A DNA stretch of 30,301 nucleotides from Sulfurospirillum sp. (GCA_045047115.1 JASFYR010000030.1:1-30301); one strand, 5' to 3'; shown: positions 7,628 to 16,648, counted from the first letter of the stretch. Numbers and translations: made by a program. Notes: a model not told the origin generated them from the letters alone.

Positions 7628-9574
7628 ATGACAACAATAATTAGTTTAATGAAACAAGTTCCGCTTCCATCACAAATGAGAATGGGAGATGACGGACTAA
7701 TGGACAGAACAAAAGCAAAATCAATCATAAATATAGATTGCTCTTTTGCATTGGAGGCTGGTTTACAATTAAAATCTATGCTAGGCGAGGCGAGATTGAT
7801 TGTCTGCTCTATGGGCCCTCCATCGTTTGAACAATCCCTCAAAAAAGCAATATCTATGGGTTATGACGAAGCATATCTACTTTCAGACAGAAAATTGGGT
7901 GGTTCAGATACTTTCGCGACAGGACTTGCAATATCGACCATGTTAAAACATCTGGGTTTTGGCAGGGGTGCAAATGAGAATTTTATCATAGTTGCGGGTC
8001 GCCAAACAAGCGATGGCGATACAGCTCATGTACCATCACAAGTTGCACAAAATCTGGGTATCCCGCAAGCCACTTTCATCGAAAATGTAGAGTTTAAAGA
8101 TGGGCATGTTATCGCAAGAAGGATTATAGAGGGAGGTTATCAGATACTAAAACTACCAAAACCTTGTGCTCTATCCTTGACACCAACAGGCATACCTCCA
8201 AGACGACCAAGTCTTTTAGGAGCAGTAAAAGCCAGAGATGCAAAGGTAAATATTTTAAGCGTAAATGATATAAACCTAAGTGATGAAAAGATTGGATTAT
8301 CAGGTTCTCCAACTATAGTGGCCAAGGTAGTAAATATAAAGAGCGAAAGAGCCCCTGTAATTATGAGTAAGGGCAAAAATGCCTCTACTCTGGTAGATAA
8401 TCTTATAGAAAATATCAAATCAGGCAAAAACAGTCTTGAAGTAAAAGAGAAAAAAGAAGTTAAGAAAAAGAATATACCCAAAGACTATGAGAAAGTAGAT
8501 TTTAGAGAAGGGGCTAGCGGAATCCTCACTTGGGCTGAGCTTGCAAACGGCAAAATCACCAGACCTTCGCTAGAGCTTTTGACACCTGCAAAAAATCTTG
8601 CAAACTCACTGGAAAAGGGAACAAAAGTAAGAACTCTTCTTATAGGGCACAATATAAAAGATTTGGCAAATGAGTTGATTTATCACGGAAGCGATGAAGT
8701 GATAATCGTGGACGACGAAAGACTCGAAGAGTATAGAATTCTCCCTTTTTCATCAATCTTTGCACAAGTTATAAAAAAATATAATCCGGAAATTGCCCTT
8801 TTTGCAGCCACAACTGCCGGACGGGAATTGGCTCCCAGAACTGCGGTTAAAACCCAAAGCGGAGTGACGGCTGATTGCACAGGGCTTGAAATAGGCGAAC
8901 ATATAGACAGAAAAAACAAAAAAGTATTTGCTCCTATACTAGAATCAAGAAGGCCGACTTATGGAGAATCAAAACTTGCTACGATTCTGGGTTTTCACTG
9001 CCCGCAAATTTCAACTGCAAGAGCTGGAACTTTTGAAGTGCCAAAGAGAGATGAGAGCTTAAAGGGTAAAATTTCAACATTTAGGCCAAAACTTGACGAA
9101 GAAGATTTTATCACTCAAATCATAAAAACAGTTAGGGGAGACGGAGGCTTGGCAAATCTCTTTGAGGCAGATATCATAGTCTCAGGAGGCAGAGGGACTA
9201 TAAATGATGACATGAAACTCATCAAAGAGTTAACAAACGCACTAAAAGCTCAAGGAATCAATGCTGAATACGCCTCTAGCAGACCTATGGTTGATATAGG
9301 AATAAGCGAATATGCAAGGCAGGTTGGACAAACAGGAAAAACACTCAGACCAAAAGTCTATATTGCCATAGGTATATCAGGAGCCATCCAACACCTAGCA
9401 GGGATGAAAGAGTCCGAAACAATAATTGCAATTAATATACATCCAAATGAGAGCATTTTTTCCAATGCCGATTTTGGAATTGTAGGGGATTATAGTGATA
9501 TAGTGCCAGAGTTAATCAACAGGGTTAAAGATGGCTTTACATTTGGGGTAAAAAGGGAGAATAAAGATGTATAA
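7628..9574 (+). CDS. Fused electron transfer flavoprotein beta-alpha (EtfB-EtfA / FixA-FixB), bifurcating-type motifs
   Basis: N-terminal EtfB (aa ~1-265): KQVP, SMGPP, SDRKLGGSDTFAT, GRQTSDGDTAHV, GSPT. Lys/Glu-rich linker. EtfA from aa ~298: GRELAPR, GVTADCTGL, RPTYG, IVSGGRG, QVGQTGK, GISGAIQHLAGM. Confidence 0.92.
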   Translation: MTTIISLMKQVPLPSQMRMGDDGLMDRTKAKSIINIDCSFALEAGLQLKSMLGEARLIVCSMGPPSFEQSLKKAISMGYDEAYLLSDRKLGGSDTFATGLAISTMLKHLGFGRGANENFIIVAGRQTSDGDTAHVPSQVAQNLGIPQATFIENVEFKDGHVIARRIIEGGYQILKLPKPCALSLTPTGIPPRRPSLLGAVKARDAKVNILSVNDINLSDEKIGLSGSPTIVAKVVNIKSERAPVIMSKGKNASTLVDNLIENIKSGKNSLEVKEKKEVKKKNIPKDYEKVDFREGASGILTWAELANGKITRPSLELLTPAKNLANSLEKGTKVRTLLIGHNIKDLANELIYHGSDEVIIVDDERLEEYRILPFSSIFAQVIKKYNPEIALFAATTAGRELAPRTAVKTQSGVTADCTGLEIGEHIDRKNKKVFAPILESRRPTYGESKLATILGFHCPQISTARAGTFEVPKRDESLKGKISTFRPKLDEEDFITQIIKTVRGDGGLANLFEADIIVSGGRGTINDDMKLIKELTNALKAQGINAEYASSRPMVDIGISEYARQVGQTGKTLRPKVYIAIGISGAIQHLAGMKESETIIAINIHPNESIFSNADFGIVGDYSDIVPELINRVKDGFTFGVKRENKDV

Positions 9575-11837
9575 GGTACTAAGCAAAAGATATCTTTCAC
9601 CTACCATAGTATCTATGGATTTGGAAGCACCATTGGTTGCAGTAAAAGCACAACCCGGACAATTTCTGATCGTAAAGTTGGATGAATATGCCGAGAGAAT
9701 TCCTCTGACTATTTGCGACTATGACAGGGATGCAGGAAGTGTCAACATAATCTTCCAAATAGTTGGTGAAAGTACAAAAGATATGGAAAAAGTTGAACCG
9801 GGAGACTATTTTGAAGATGTTGTCGGTCCACTTGGTCAGCAGTGCGAATTCTTAGAAAAAAACATGGATGAACTCAAGAAAGAGCATTTTGTCTTTATAG
9901 CCGGAGGTGTAGGAGCAGCTCCGATACATCCACAGGTAAAATGGTTTTATAAACATGGTCTAAAGATGGACATCATACTAGGTGCCCGCTCAAAAGGACT
10001 GCTGATACTGGAAGAGGAGTTTAAAAAATACACTCCAAATGTTCATATCTGTACAGATGATGGTTCTTACGGCGTACACGGAAATGTTACAGATGTACTC
10101 AAAAAACTTGTTTTAAGTGATAAAAAAGAGTTCACGCAAGCTGTTGCAATTGGTCCCATGATTATGATGAAATATGCAACAATTATGACAAAAAAACTTG
10201 AAATTCCTACTACCGTAAGTCTAAATCCTCTTATGGTTGATGGTACGGGAATGTGTGGAGCTTGTCGTGTTGAAATAGATGGCAAAGTAAAATTTGCCTG
10301 TGTTGACGGACCTGAGTTTGATGGCTTTAAAGTTAATTTTGACGAGGCGCAAACACGGCTTAGAATGCGTCAGGAAAACACACTCGAAGATGAACACGAA
10401 AATGAAGAGTGCCCAATAGAACATGAAGAGGTTCACGATGCCAAAAAACGATCACTTCCATACACAAGAGAACCACTTCATAGAGTTCACAGTTTTGATG
10501 AAGTGAATCTCGGATATACATTTAAAGAAGTTGTAAAAGAGGCAAATCGCTGTTTTTTATGTAAAAAACCAAAATGTGTCAGCTCTTGCCCTGTTGGCAT
10601 AGATATACCGGCTTTCATAAAAAAACTTAGAGAAGAAGATATCGAGGGAGCTGCAAGCATATTGCTGGCACACACCAAACTGGCTTCTATCTGTGGGAGG
10701 GTCTGTCCACAGGAAAAACAGTGCGAGGGAAGTTGTATCTCCGGCAAAAAAGGAGAGCCTCTTGCTATAGGATTGCTAGAAAGATTTGTCGGCGACTGGT
10801 CACTTCAACATATGGAAACAAAAGTACCAAAGAAAAATGGGAAAAAAGTAGCTATTATAGGTAGCGGACCATCTGGTCTTGCTGCCTCTGCCCAGCTTTC
10901 AGAATTTGGCTACGAGGTAGATGTCTTTGAATCGCTACATAAACTCGGTGGTGTTTTAGCTTATGGAATTCCCTCTTTTAGACTACCAAAAGAGATAGTC
11001 AATGCAGAAATAGACAGAATCAAAAAACTTGGCGTAAAATTTCACACAAATGTAGTAATTGGCAAAACTTTGACGATAGACGAACTGTTTAATGAAGGCT
11101 TTGAAGCTGTATTTGTTGGAAGCGGTGCAGGATTTCCTAACTTTTTGGGAATCAAAGGTGAAAATGCGATGGGCGTCCTGTCTGCAAATGAGTTTCTAAC
11201 AAGAGTAAATCTTATGGGCGGTAACAAGAAGGATTATCATACTCCGACTACAATAGGCGATAAAGTTGCCGTCATAGGTGCTGGAAATGTATCAATGGAT
11301 TCAGCAAGAGTTGCAAAAAGATTAGGAGCGCAAACCAGTATCGTTTACAGAAGAAGCTATGAAGATATCCCTGCCCGCGCTGAAGAAACTGAACACGCCA
11401 AAGAAGAAGGTGTTGATTTTAAACTTTTGACAAATCCTATAGAAATTTTGGCGGATGACAAAGGCAGAGTAAGAGGATTGAAATGTGTCAAAATGGAGCT
11501 TGGGGAACCTGATGAGAGCGGCAGAAGAAGACCGATAGAGATAAAAGGCTCGCAGTTTGTCATAGAAGCCGATACTGTTATCATCTCAATTGGCACCAAG
11601 CCAAATGATTTAGTAACTTCCACAACACGGGGTATGGCAATCACACCAAAAGGCACAATAATTATAGAAGACGACAAAACAACAGCAACAACAAGAGAGG
11701 GAGTCTTTGCAGGTGGCGACATAGTCACAGGAGCTGCCACAGTCATACAAGCCATGGGAGCCGGTAAAAAAGCGGCAAAAGAGATAGATGAGTACATAAA
11801 AAGCAAAGAGTTAAAAAACTCAAAAGTTTCTGCATAG
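9567..11837 (+). CDS. nfnAB: Fused NfnA-NfnB, NADH-dependent reduced ferredoxin:NADP+ oxidoreductase (PyrK-like plus GltD-like; SudBA family)
   Basis: N-part: PGQF, ERIPLTI, GPLG, GGVGAAP, TDDGSYG, and the Asp-ligated [2Fe-2S] motif MVDGTGMCGACR...CVDGPEFD. C-part: CFLCKKPKCVSSCP, CGRVCPQEKQCEGSC...LERF, GSGPSG, YGIPSFRLP, GAGNVSMD, YRRS, GVFAGGD. Overlaps the etf gene by 8 bp. Confidence 0.88.
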   Translation: MYKVLSKRYLSPTIVSMDLEAPLVAVKAQPGQFLIVKLDEYAERIPLTICDYDRDAGSVNIIFQIVGESTKDMEKVEPGDYFEDVVGPLGQQCEFLEKNMDELKKEHFVFIAGGVGAAPIHPQVKWFYKHGLKMDIILGARSKGLLILEEEFKKYTPNVHICTDDGSYGVHGNVTDVLKKLVLSDKKEFTQAVAIGPMIMMKYATIMTKKLEIPTTVSLNPLMVDGTGMCGACRVEIDGKVKFACVDGPEFDGFKVNFDEAQTRLRMRQENTLEDEHENEECPIEHEEVHDAKKRSLPYTREPLHRVHSFDEVNLGYTFKEVVKEANRCFLCKKPKCVSSCPVGIDIPAFIKKLREEDIEGAASILLAHTKLASICGRVCPQEKQCEGSCISGKKGEPLAIGLLERFVGDWSLQHMETKVPKKNGKKVAIIGSGPSGLAASAQLSEFGYEVDVFESLHKLGGVLAYGIPSFRLPKEIVNAEIDRIKKLGVKFHTNVVIGKTLTIDELFNEGFEAVFVGSGAGFPNFLGIKGENAMGVLSANEFLTRVNLMGGNKKDYHTPTTIGDKVAVIGAGNVSMDSARVAKRLGAQTSIVYRRSYEDIPARAEETEHAKEEGVDFKLLTNPIEILADDKGRVRGLKCVKMELGEPDESGRRRPIEIKGSQFVIEADTVIISIGTKPNDLVTSTTRGMAITPKGTIIIEDDKTTATTREGVFAGGDIVTGAATVIQAMGAGKKAAKEIDEYIKSKELKNSKVSA

Positions 11838-11846
11838 CAACCATAA

Positions 11847-11876
11847 AGAGAGAAGGATATAAATACCCTTCTCTCT
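11847..11876. terminator. Probable bidirectional terminator between convergent nfnAB and pbp1A
   Basis: AGAGAGAAGG-atataaatac-CCTTCTCTCT inverted repeat in the 37-bp gap between the two stop codons. Confidence 0.75.
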
Positions 11877-13800
11877 AGAAAATCAAACCTCCGCCAGTTT
11901 TGCTCTCCGAAGGAGTATTTGCCTTTGGAAGAGGTGATATATCGGTAAAATAATATCTTCTCTCTCCCACTAATTTATATTTTACTCCATTAGGAATATC
12001 AAATTTTCTTTTTGTTTGCGGATAAAGTTGTATATAATTTTTTACAAAATTTGCAAATGACGGTCCGGCACTTCTTCCACCCGTTTCTCTTTTTTTCATG
12101 GGACTATTGTCATCATTTCCAAACCATGTGACAACTTCTATGCTGGGAGTAAAACCGCAAAACCAGGCATCTACATAGTTGTTTGTAGTACCTGTTTTTC
12201 CAGCTACTTCAACATTTTTTACATTTGCTTTTCTTCCCGTACCCCTTTTAACAACCTGCTTTAATATATCAATCATAAGATATGCCTGTGATGGCGAAGT
12301 TATCTTTTTTGTCTGAACTTCAAAATTTTGGGTATCGCCAAATTTGTTCTGTATTTTTGTTACCAATCTTGGTTTTACTCTTTGCCCATAATTGGAAAAA
12401 GTGGTATAGAACCCTGCAAAATCATAGGGTGAAATCCCAAAACTTCCCAAAGCCATAGAAAGGTCATAAGGTAACTTTTTAAATCCCTCTTTGCTCAAAT
12501 CTTTATACACGCTATCCATTCCCAGTGCATTGAGCAAATTTATAGTTGCTAGGTTTCTTGAATGAACCAAAGCATTTTCCAAAGTAATCATACCCTCAAA
12601 ATTCTCTTCATAATTTCTGGGCTTCCATTTCTTATCATTTTTTTTATCGACAAATACTCTGGAGATATCCGGTATTTTCGTCTGTCCGTTATATCCAACA
12701 TTTAGAGCGTGAAGATAGATAAAAGGCTTGAAACTACTTCCTGGTTGTCTTCTGCTTTGCGTAGCACGATTAAAGTGACTCTTTTTGTAATCCACTCCTC
12801 CAACCATGGCTAGAACATCACCTGTTTTATTATCAAGCACAACCATCGCTCCATTTAACTTTGAATTATTTCCATCTTTATTTCTTTTAATAATTCCATT
12901 ATATCCGAGCAAGAGGGATTTTCTGGCAAGCTGTTGCAATTTTAAATCGATACTTAGATAAATTTTATATCCTCCGGTTTTAAGATCACTAAACTGGGGA
13001 GTTAGTCTTTTGATAACCTCATCAACGATATATGGAGCTCTATTTTTTGTTAGTGTTTCATCATAAACTATAGGATGCTCGTCAGTAGCTTTTTTATATT
13101 GGTTTTTATTTATCCAGCCCAAAGAGTACATTCTGTATATTACTCTGTTTGCACGACTAAGAGACAAATCCAAATGTTTGGTCGGATCATAGGCACTAGG
13201 AGCCCTCGGAAGCCCAACCAATATAGCTATCTCTTTGAGACTCAAAGCATCTAAATTTTTATTAAAATAACCAAGTGCTGCCGTTTTGACACCATAATAA
13301 CCATGACCAAAATATACTTGGTTAAAGTATCTCTCCAATATCTGTTCTTTTGACAACTCACTCTCTATCTTGTATGCCAAAATAGCTTCGTTGAGTTTTC
13401 TTTTGATGGTCTTTTTTCTTGAAAGAACAGTATTTTTAATCAACTGCTGAGTCAAAGTACTTGCCCCTTCAACAAGCTTCATAGCTTTTATATCTTTGAT
13501 AAGTGCTCTAAATATAGCTTCAAAATTGATACCACCATGCTCAAAAAAAGATGTATCTTCTATCGCCACCAAAGCTTCAATCATGCGCGGTGGAATATCA
13601 TCATACTTAACATATACTCTATTTTCTTTATCAAAAATATTTGCCAACAGCTCACCATTTCTATCAAATATCTGAGTAGTTAGCCTAGGCTTATAATCAA
13701 TAATTTTATAAGCATCAAATCTGACATTTGAGTATAGGTACAAAAATCCAACAACAAGCAAGAGTGCCACCGAAAAAATCAAACCAATAAAATATTTCAC
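11875..13800 (-). CDS. mrcA: Class A penicillin-binding protein 1A
   Basis: N-terminal TM. Transglycosylase motifs EDTSFFEHGG, GASTLTQQL, RKLNE. Transpeptidase motifs SSFK, SRN, KTG. Confidence 0.95.
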   Translation of the reverse strand: MKYFIGLIFSVALLLVVGFLYLYSNVRFDAYKIIDYKPRLTTQIFDRNGELLANIFDKENRVYVKYDDIPPRMIEALVAIEDTSFFEHGGINFEAIFRALIKDIKAMKLVEGASTLTQQLIKNTVLSRKKTIKRKLNEAILAYKIESELSKEQILERYFNQVYFGHGYYGVKTAALGYFNKNLDALSLKEIAILVGLPRAPSAYDPTKHLDLSLSRANRVIYRMYSLGWINKNQYKKATDEHPIVYDETLTKNRAPYIVDEVIKRLTPQFSDLKTGGYKIYLSIDLKLQQLARKSLLLGYNGIIKRNKDGNNSKLNGAMVVLDNKTGDVLAMVGGVDYKKSHFNRATQSRRQPGSSFKPFIYLHALNVGYNGQTKIPDISRVFVDKKNDKKWKPRNYEENFEGMITLENALVHSRNLATINLLNALGMDSVYKDLSKEGFKKLPYDLSMALGSFGISPYDFAGFYTTFSNYGQRVKPRLVTKIQNKFGDTQNFEVQTKKITSPSQAYLMIDILKQVVKRGTGRKANVKNVEVAGKTGTTNNYVDAWFCGFTPSIEVVTWFGNDDNSPMKKRETGGRSAGPSFANFVKNYIQLYPQTKRKFDIPNGVKYKLVGERRYYFTDISPLPKANTPSESKTGGGLIF

Positions 13801-14492
13801 TCTCTAAACTCCCTGTTTTCAAATCCGGACTCTATCAATTCTCTAGTATAGCTGTTTTTTGGATTTTTCAAAATATCTTCTATATCTCCATCTTCTAGGA
13901 TTCTTCCCTCTTTCAAGATACCCACTCTATCACATAAATTTCTTACAGTTGCTATATCGTGAGTTACAAATAGTATATCAAAATTATCTATACATTGTAT
14001 TTTTTTAATCAACTCTAAAATATCAGTTTTACTCTTTTTATCCAGTGCCGTAGTTGGCTCATCAAGCAAAAGAAGTTTTGGTCTTATCGAAAGAGCCATA
14101 GCAATAATCACCCTTTGAAGCTGTCCACCACTTAGTTCAGATGGAAATCTATTTATCAACTCTTTATCTAAACCAACCATGTCTATATATTTAAAAATTT
14201 CATCAACTGGCATGAAAAACTGTTTTTTTATCTTTGTCAAAGGAGAAAGTGCTGTGAAGGGATTTTGAGGAACGATTGAGACTGTTTTGCCTCTTCTTAG
14301 CTCATAATCACATTCAATCTGTATAGAGCTCTCAAGATTAGAGGGTAACATACCTAAAAATGCCTTTAGCGTTAAGCTTTTTCCACTTCCACTCTGCCCT
14401 ATAAGGGCATATGACTTTTGATTTTCAAAAGAGATATCCAGAAGAATCTTATCTCTGTTTTTGATACTCAAATTTCTACATATAAAGCTCAT
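13797..14492 (-). CDS. ABC transporter ATP-binding protein (Dpp/Opp/Nik-like), no cognate permease nearby
   Basis: Walker A GQSGSGKS, Q-loop PQN, signature LSGGQLQR, Walker B LLLLDEPT, H-loop VTHD. The ATG at 14492 forms an ATGA overlap with the bioF stop. Confidence 0.9.
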   Translation of the reverse strand: MSFICRNLSIKNRDKILLDISFENQKSYALIGQSGSGKSLTLKAFLGMLPSNLESSIQIECDYELRRGKTVSIVPQNPFTALSPLTKIKKQFFMPVDEIFKYIDMVGLDKELINRFPSELSGGQLQRVIIAMALSIRPKLLLLDEPTTALDKKSKTDILELIKKIQCIDNFDILFVTHDIATVRNLCDRVGILKEGRILEDGDIEDILKNPKNSYTRELIESGFENREFRE

Positions 14493-15583
14493 TTCACACA
14501 CTCACTCAACTTCTTGCATAATCTCTCAAACTCATATGAATCTATATTTATCCTTGGAATTATCCTTAATATCGGCTCTTTGACGGTTGGCGGACGAATA
14601 GCACCAACACTAAAACCTAACTCTTGCAGTTTATCTTTGCATTTTAAAACATTTTGTGAAGTTCTAATTTTAAATGGAAAAATCAAACCATCCACATCTA
14701 TTTTAAAATAGTACCTGAAAATCTCTTTTCTCTTTTTGATCTCTTGTATAAATATATCTTTTTTTTCTTGCACATAAAGTAGCCCAAATCTTGCCAGTTC
14801 TATATCAAAAAGAGATGGAGCTGTGGCATATATAAGTGATTTGGCCCTATTTTGGAGATACTCTCTTATATGCTTGCTACAAAGAATATATGCCCCATAA
14901 CTTCCCAGCGCCTTTCCCAAAGTCCCCATTTTTATATGATATTTTGTAGGTCTAATATTGAACAAATCAAAAATTCCCAGTAGATTTTTGCCAACTACAC
15001 CTACACTGTGAGCTTCATCTACGATAAGTATAAACTTATATATCTCGCACAGTTCAAATATATCTTTTTTTACCAAATCTCCACTCATGGAGTAGATACC
15101 CTCAACTGCAACAATCACTCTTTTGAAGTCACTATTTCGAAGTATATCTTCTAGATGTCCCATATCATTATGTCTAAAATAGACAACTTTTGAATCTATA
15201 AGTTTTGATGCCAAAACTCCGCTCGCGTGGTACTCTTCATCCAAAATCAACAAATCTTTTTTTCTCGGAAGTGCCTCAATGAGAGCAAGATTTGCCAAAA
15301 AACCACTACCTGCGACAATAGCGCTTGGAAAATTGTTTATCCCACAAAGATAATCTTCAAAATTCTTATGAATTTCGTGGTAGCCATTTAGCATTTGTGA
15401 AGCTTGAGGGGCATGAGAAGAGTAATGTTGCAAACTGTCACAAGTTTTATTCAAAAGAGATTTGATCTCGCTTAATCCCAAGTAGTCATTTGAGGCAAAA
15501 TCAATCAAATTTGCATCTTTGATTTCTCTAGATCGAAAAAGATTGGATTTTTTTATCGCCTTTAATTCACTAGAGTACATCAT
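14489..15583 (-). CDS. bioF: 8-amino-7-oxononanoate synthase-like PLP enzyme
   Basis: DFASNDYLGL, SGFLAN, HAS, FRHND, EGIYSMSGD, VDEAH, GTLGKALG (PLP Lys), AIRPPTV. Start may be 15580 or 15583. Confidence 0.85.
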   Translation of the reverse strand: MMYSSELKAIKKSNLFRSREIKDANLIDFASNDYLGLSEIKSLLNKTCDSLQHYSSHAPQASQMLNGYHEIHKNFEDYLCGINNFPSAIVAGSGFLANLALIEALPRKKDLLILDEEYHASGVLASKLIDSKVVYFRHNDMGHLEDILRNSDFKRVIVAVEGIYSMSGDLVKKDIFELCEIYKFILIVDEAHSVGVVGKNLLGIFDLFNIRPTKYHIKMGTLGKALGSYGAYILCSKHIREYLQNRAKSLIYATAPSLFDIELARFGLLYVQEKKDIFIQEIKKRKEIFRYYFKIDVDGLIFPFKIRTSQNVLKCKDKLQELGFSVGAIRPPTVKEPILRIIPRINIDSYEFERLCKKLSECVK

Positions 15584-16133
15584 TTAACTCTAAAAAAGGC
15601 ATAAGCTTCTCTATGCCTAGTCCCATTGCTGTACTTTGCAAACCTATAACCTCTTTTATATATTTTTTGCAAAAGCCCTCAACCATACAGGCACCGGCCT
15701 TGCCTCTCCACTCATCACTCTTTAGGTAAATATCAAGCTCACCCATATCAAAAGGAGAAAACAGATATTTTGTTGCATTAAGATCAATAAACTCCATTTT
15801 GTATGATTTATAAATCATACAGGTCAAGATAGAGACACTATTCCCACTTTGCCTAAGTAAAATTTTCCTTGCATCTTCTACATCTTTTGCCTTTCTAAGT
15901 ATTATATCATCTGCACAAACAACCGTATCAGCACATAAAACAGGAATTTCCAGATCATACTTCGATAAATAAGTCTCCATTTTTCCTTTTGTTGCATAAT
16001 AAACAAAATCTCTGGGCTTGCTATACTCTAACGAGTCTTCATCAAAATCAATACCAATTTGCGAAAACTCCACACCATGGCTTTTTAATATCAGTGCCCT
16101 GGTTTTTGATTTTGAAGCTAAAATCAATCTCAT
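15570..16133 (-). CDS. maf: Maf family nucleoside triphosphate pyrophosphatase
   Basis: LILASKS..R, DFDE, ADTVV, LRK, EWRGKAGA, GL motifs. Confidence 0.92.
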   Translation of the reverse strand: MRLILASKSKTRALILKSHGVEFSQIGIDFDEDSLEYSKPRDFVYYATKGKMETYLSKYDLEIPVLCADTVVCADDIILRKAKDVEDARKILLRQSGNSVSILTCMIYKSYKMEFIDLNATKYLFSPFDMGELDIYLKSDEWRGKAGACMVEGFCKKYIKEVIGLQSTAMGLGIEKLMPFLELNDVL

Positions 16134-16631
16134 CTATATCTCTTTTATAACAACGCCGAAATAAACTGCTATTAACGAAATAACAAGGTTTAGAGGAATC
16201 AAATACTTTGTTATGAGTATTATATTTTCTTGAGTAACCAAAAAATCTTTTTGCCTGTATGCTTTTTTAGCATTCATGTATTTTTTATATATATAAAGGA
16301 AATTAAAAGCAAGAAATATCCATATAGCCTCTTTTATATGTATCACTATAAATACTGTAGGGTCTCCGTATTCAAAACCCATTCCGATATTCATAAAAAA
16401 GGATGCCGAGAGTATAGTTAACATAATGGGAACTAAAAAAATGTTAAACCTTTGTAATATTTTAAGACAATTTTCACACTTTAACTCAATATCCTCTACC
16501 TTCTTGGCAATTGGTCTGACTATAAATATGATTACAAACATACTCCCAATCAAAAAAGACGCACTCAAAACATGTAAAAATATAATAAGAGTCTTATAAT
16601 TTTCAAATATATCGGCTGTTAAATCATACAT
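16134..16631 (-). CDS. Hypothetical 4-TM membrane protein (CopD-like at best)
   Basis: Four hydrophobic segments, with His in FLHVLS and IHIKE. Lies in an operon between alaS and maf. Confidence 0.65.
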   Translation of the reverse strand: MYDLTADIFENYKTLIIFLHVLSASFLIGSMFVIIFIVRPIAKKVEDIELKCENCLKILQRFNIFLVPIMLTILSASFFMNIGMGFEYGDPTVFIVIHIKEAIWIFLAFNFLYIYKKYMNAKKAYRQKDFLVTQENIILITKYLIPLNLVISLIAVYFGVVIKEI

Positions 16632-16648
16632 AGCATACTTTCATGTGA

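Noticed and set aside
5952..9574. Fatty-acid beta-oxidation ETF/ETF-QO module or a nif-linked fixABCX
   Set aside because: No acyl-CoA dehydrogenase or nif genes are in the window and the ETF motifs are of the bifurcating type. Either role cannot be fully excluded without the rest of the genome.
9567..11837. Glutamate synthase small subunit forming a GS-GOGAT cluster with glnA
   Set aside because: No gltB is present, the N-terminal NfnA module has an Asp-ligated [2Fe-2S] motif, and a strong terminator separates glnA from the operon.
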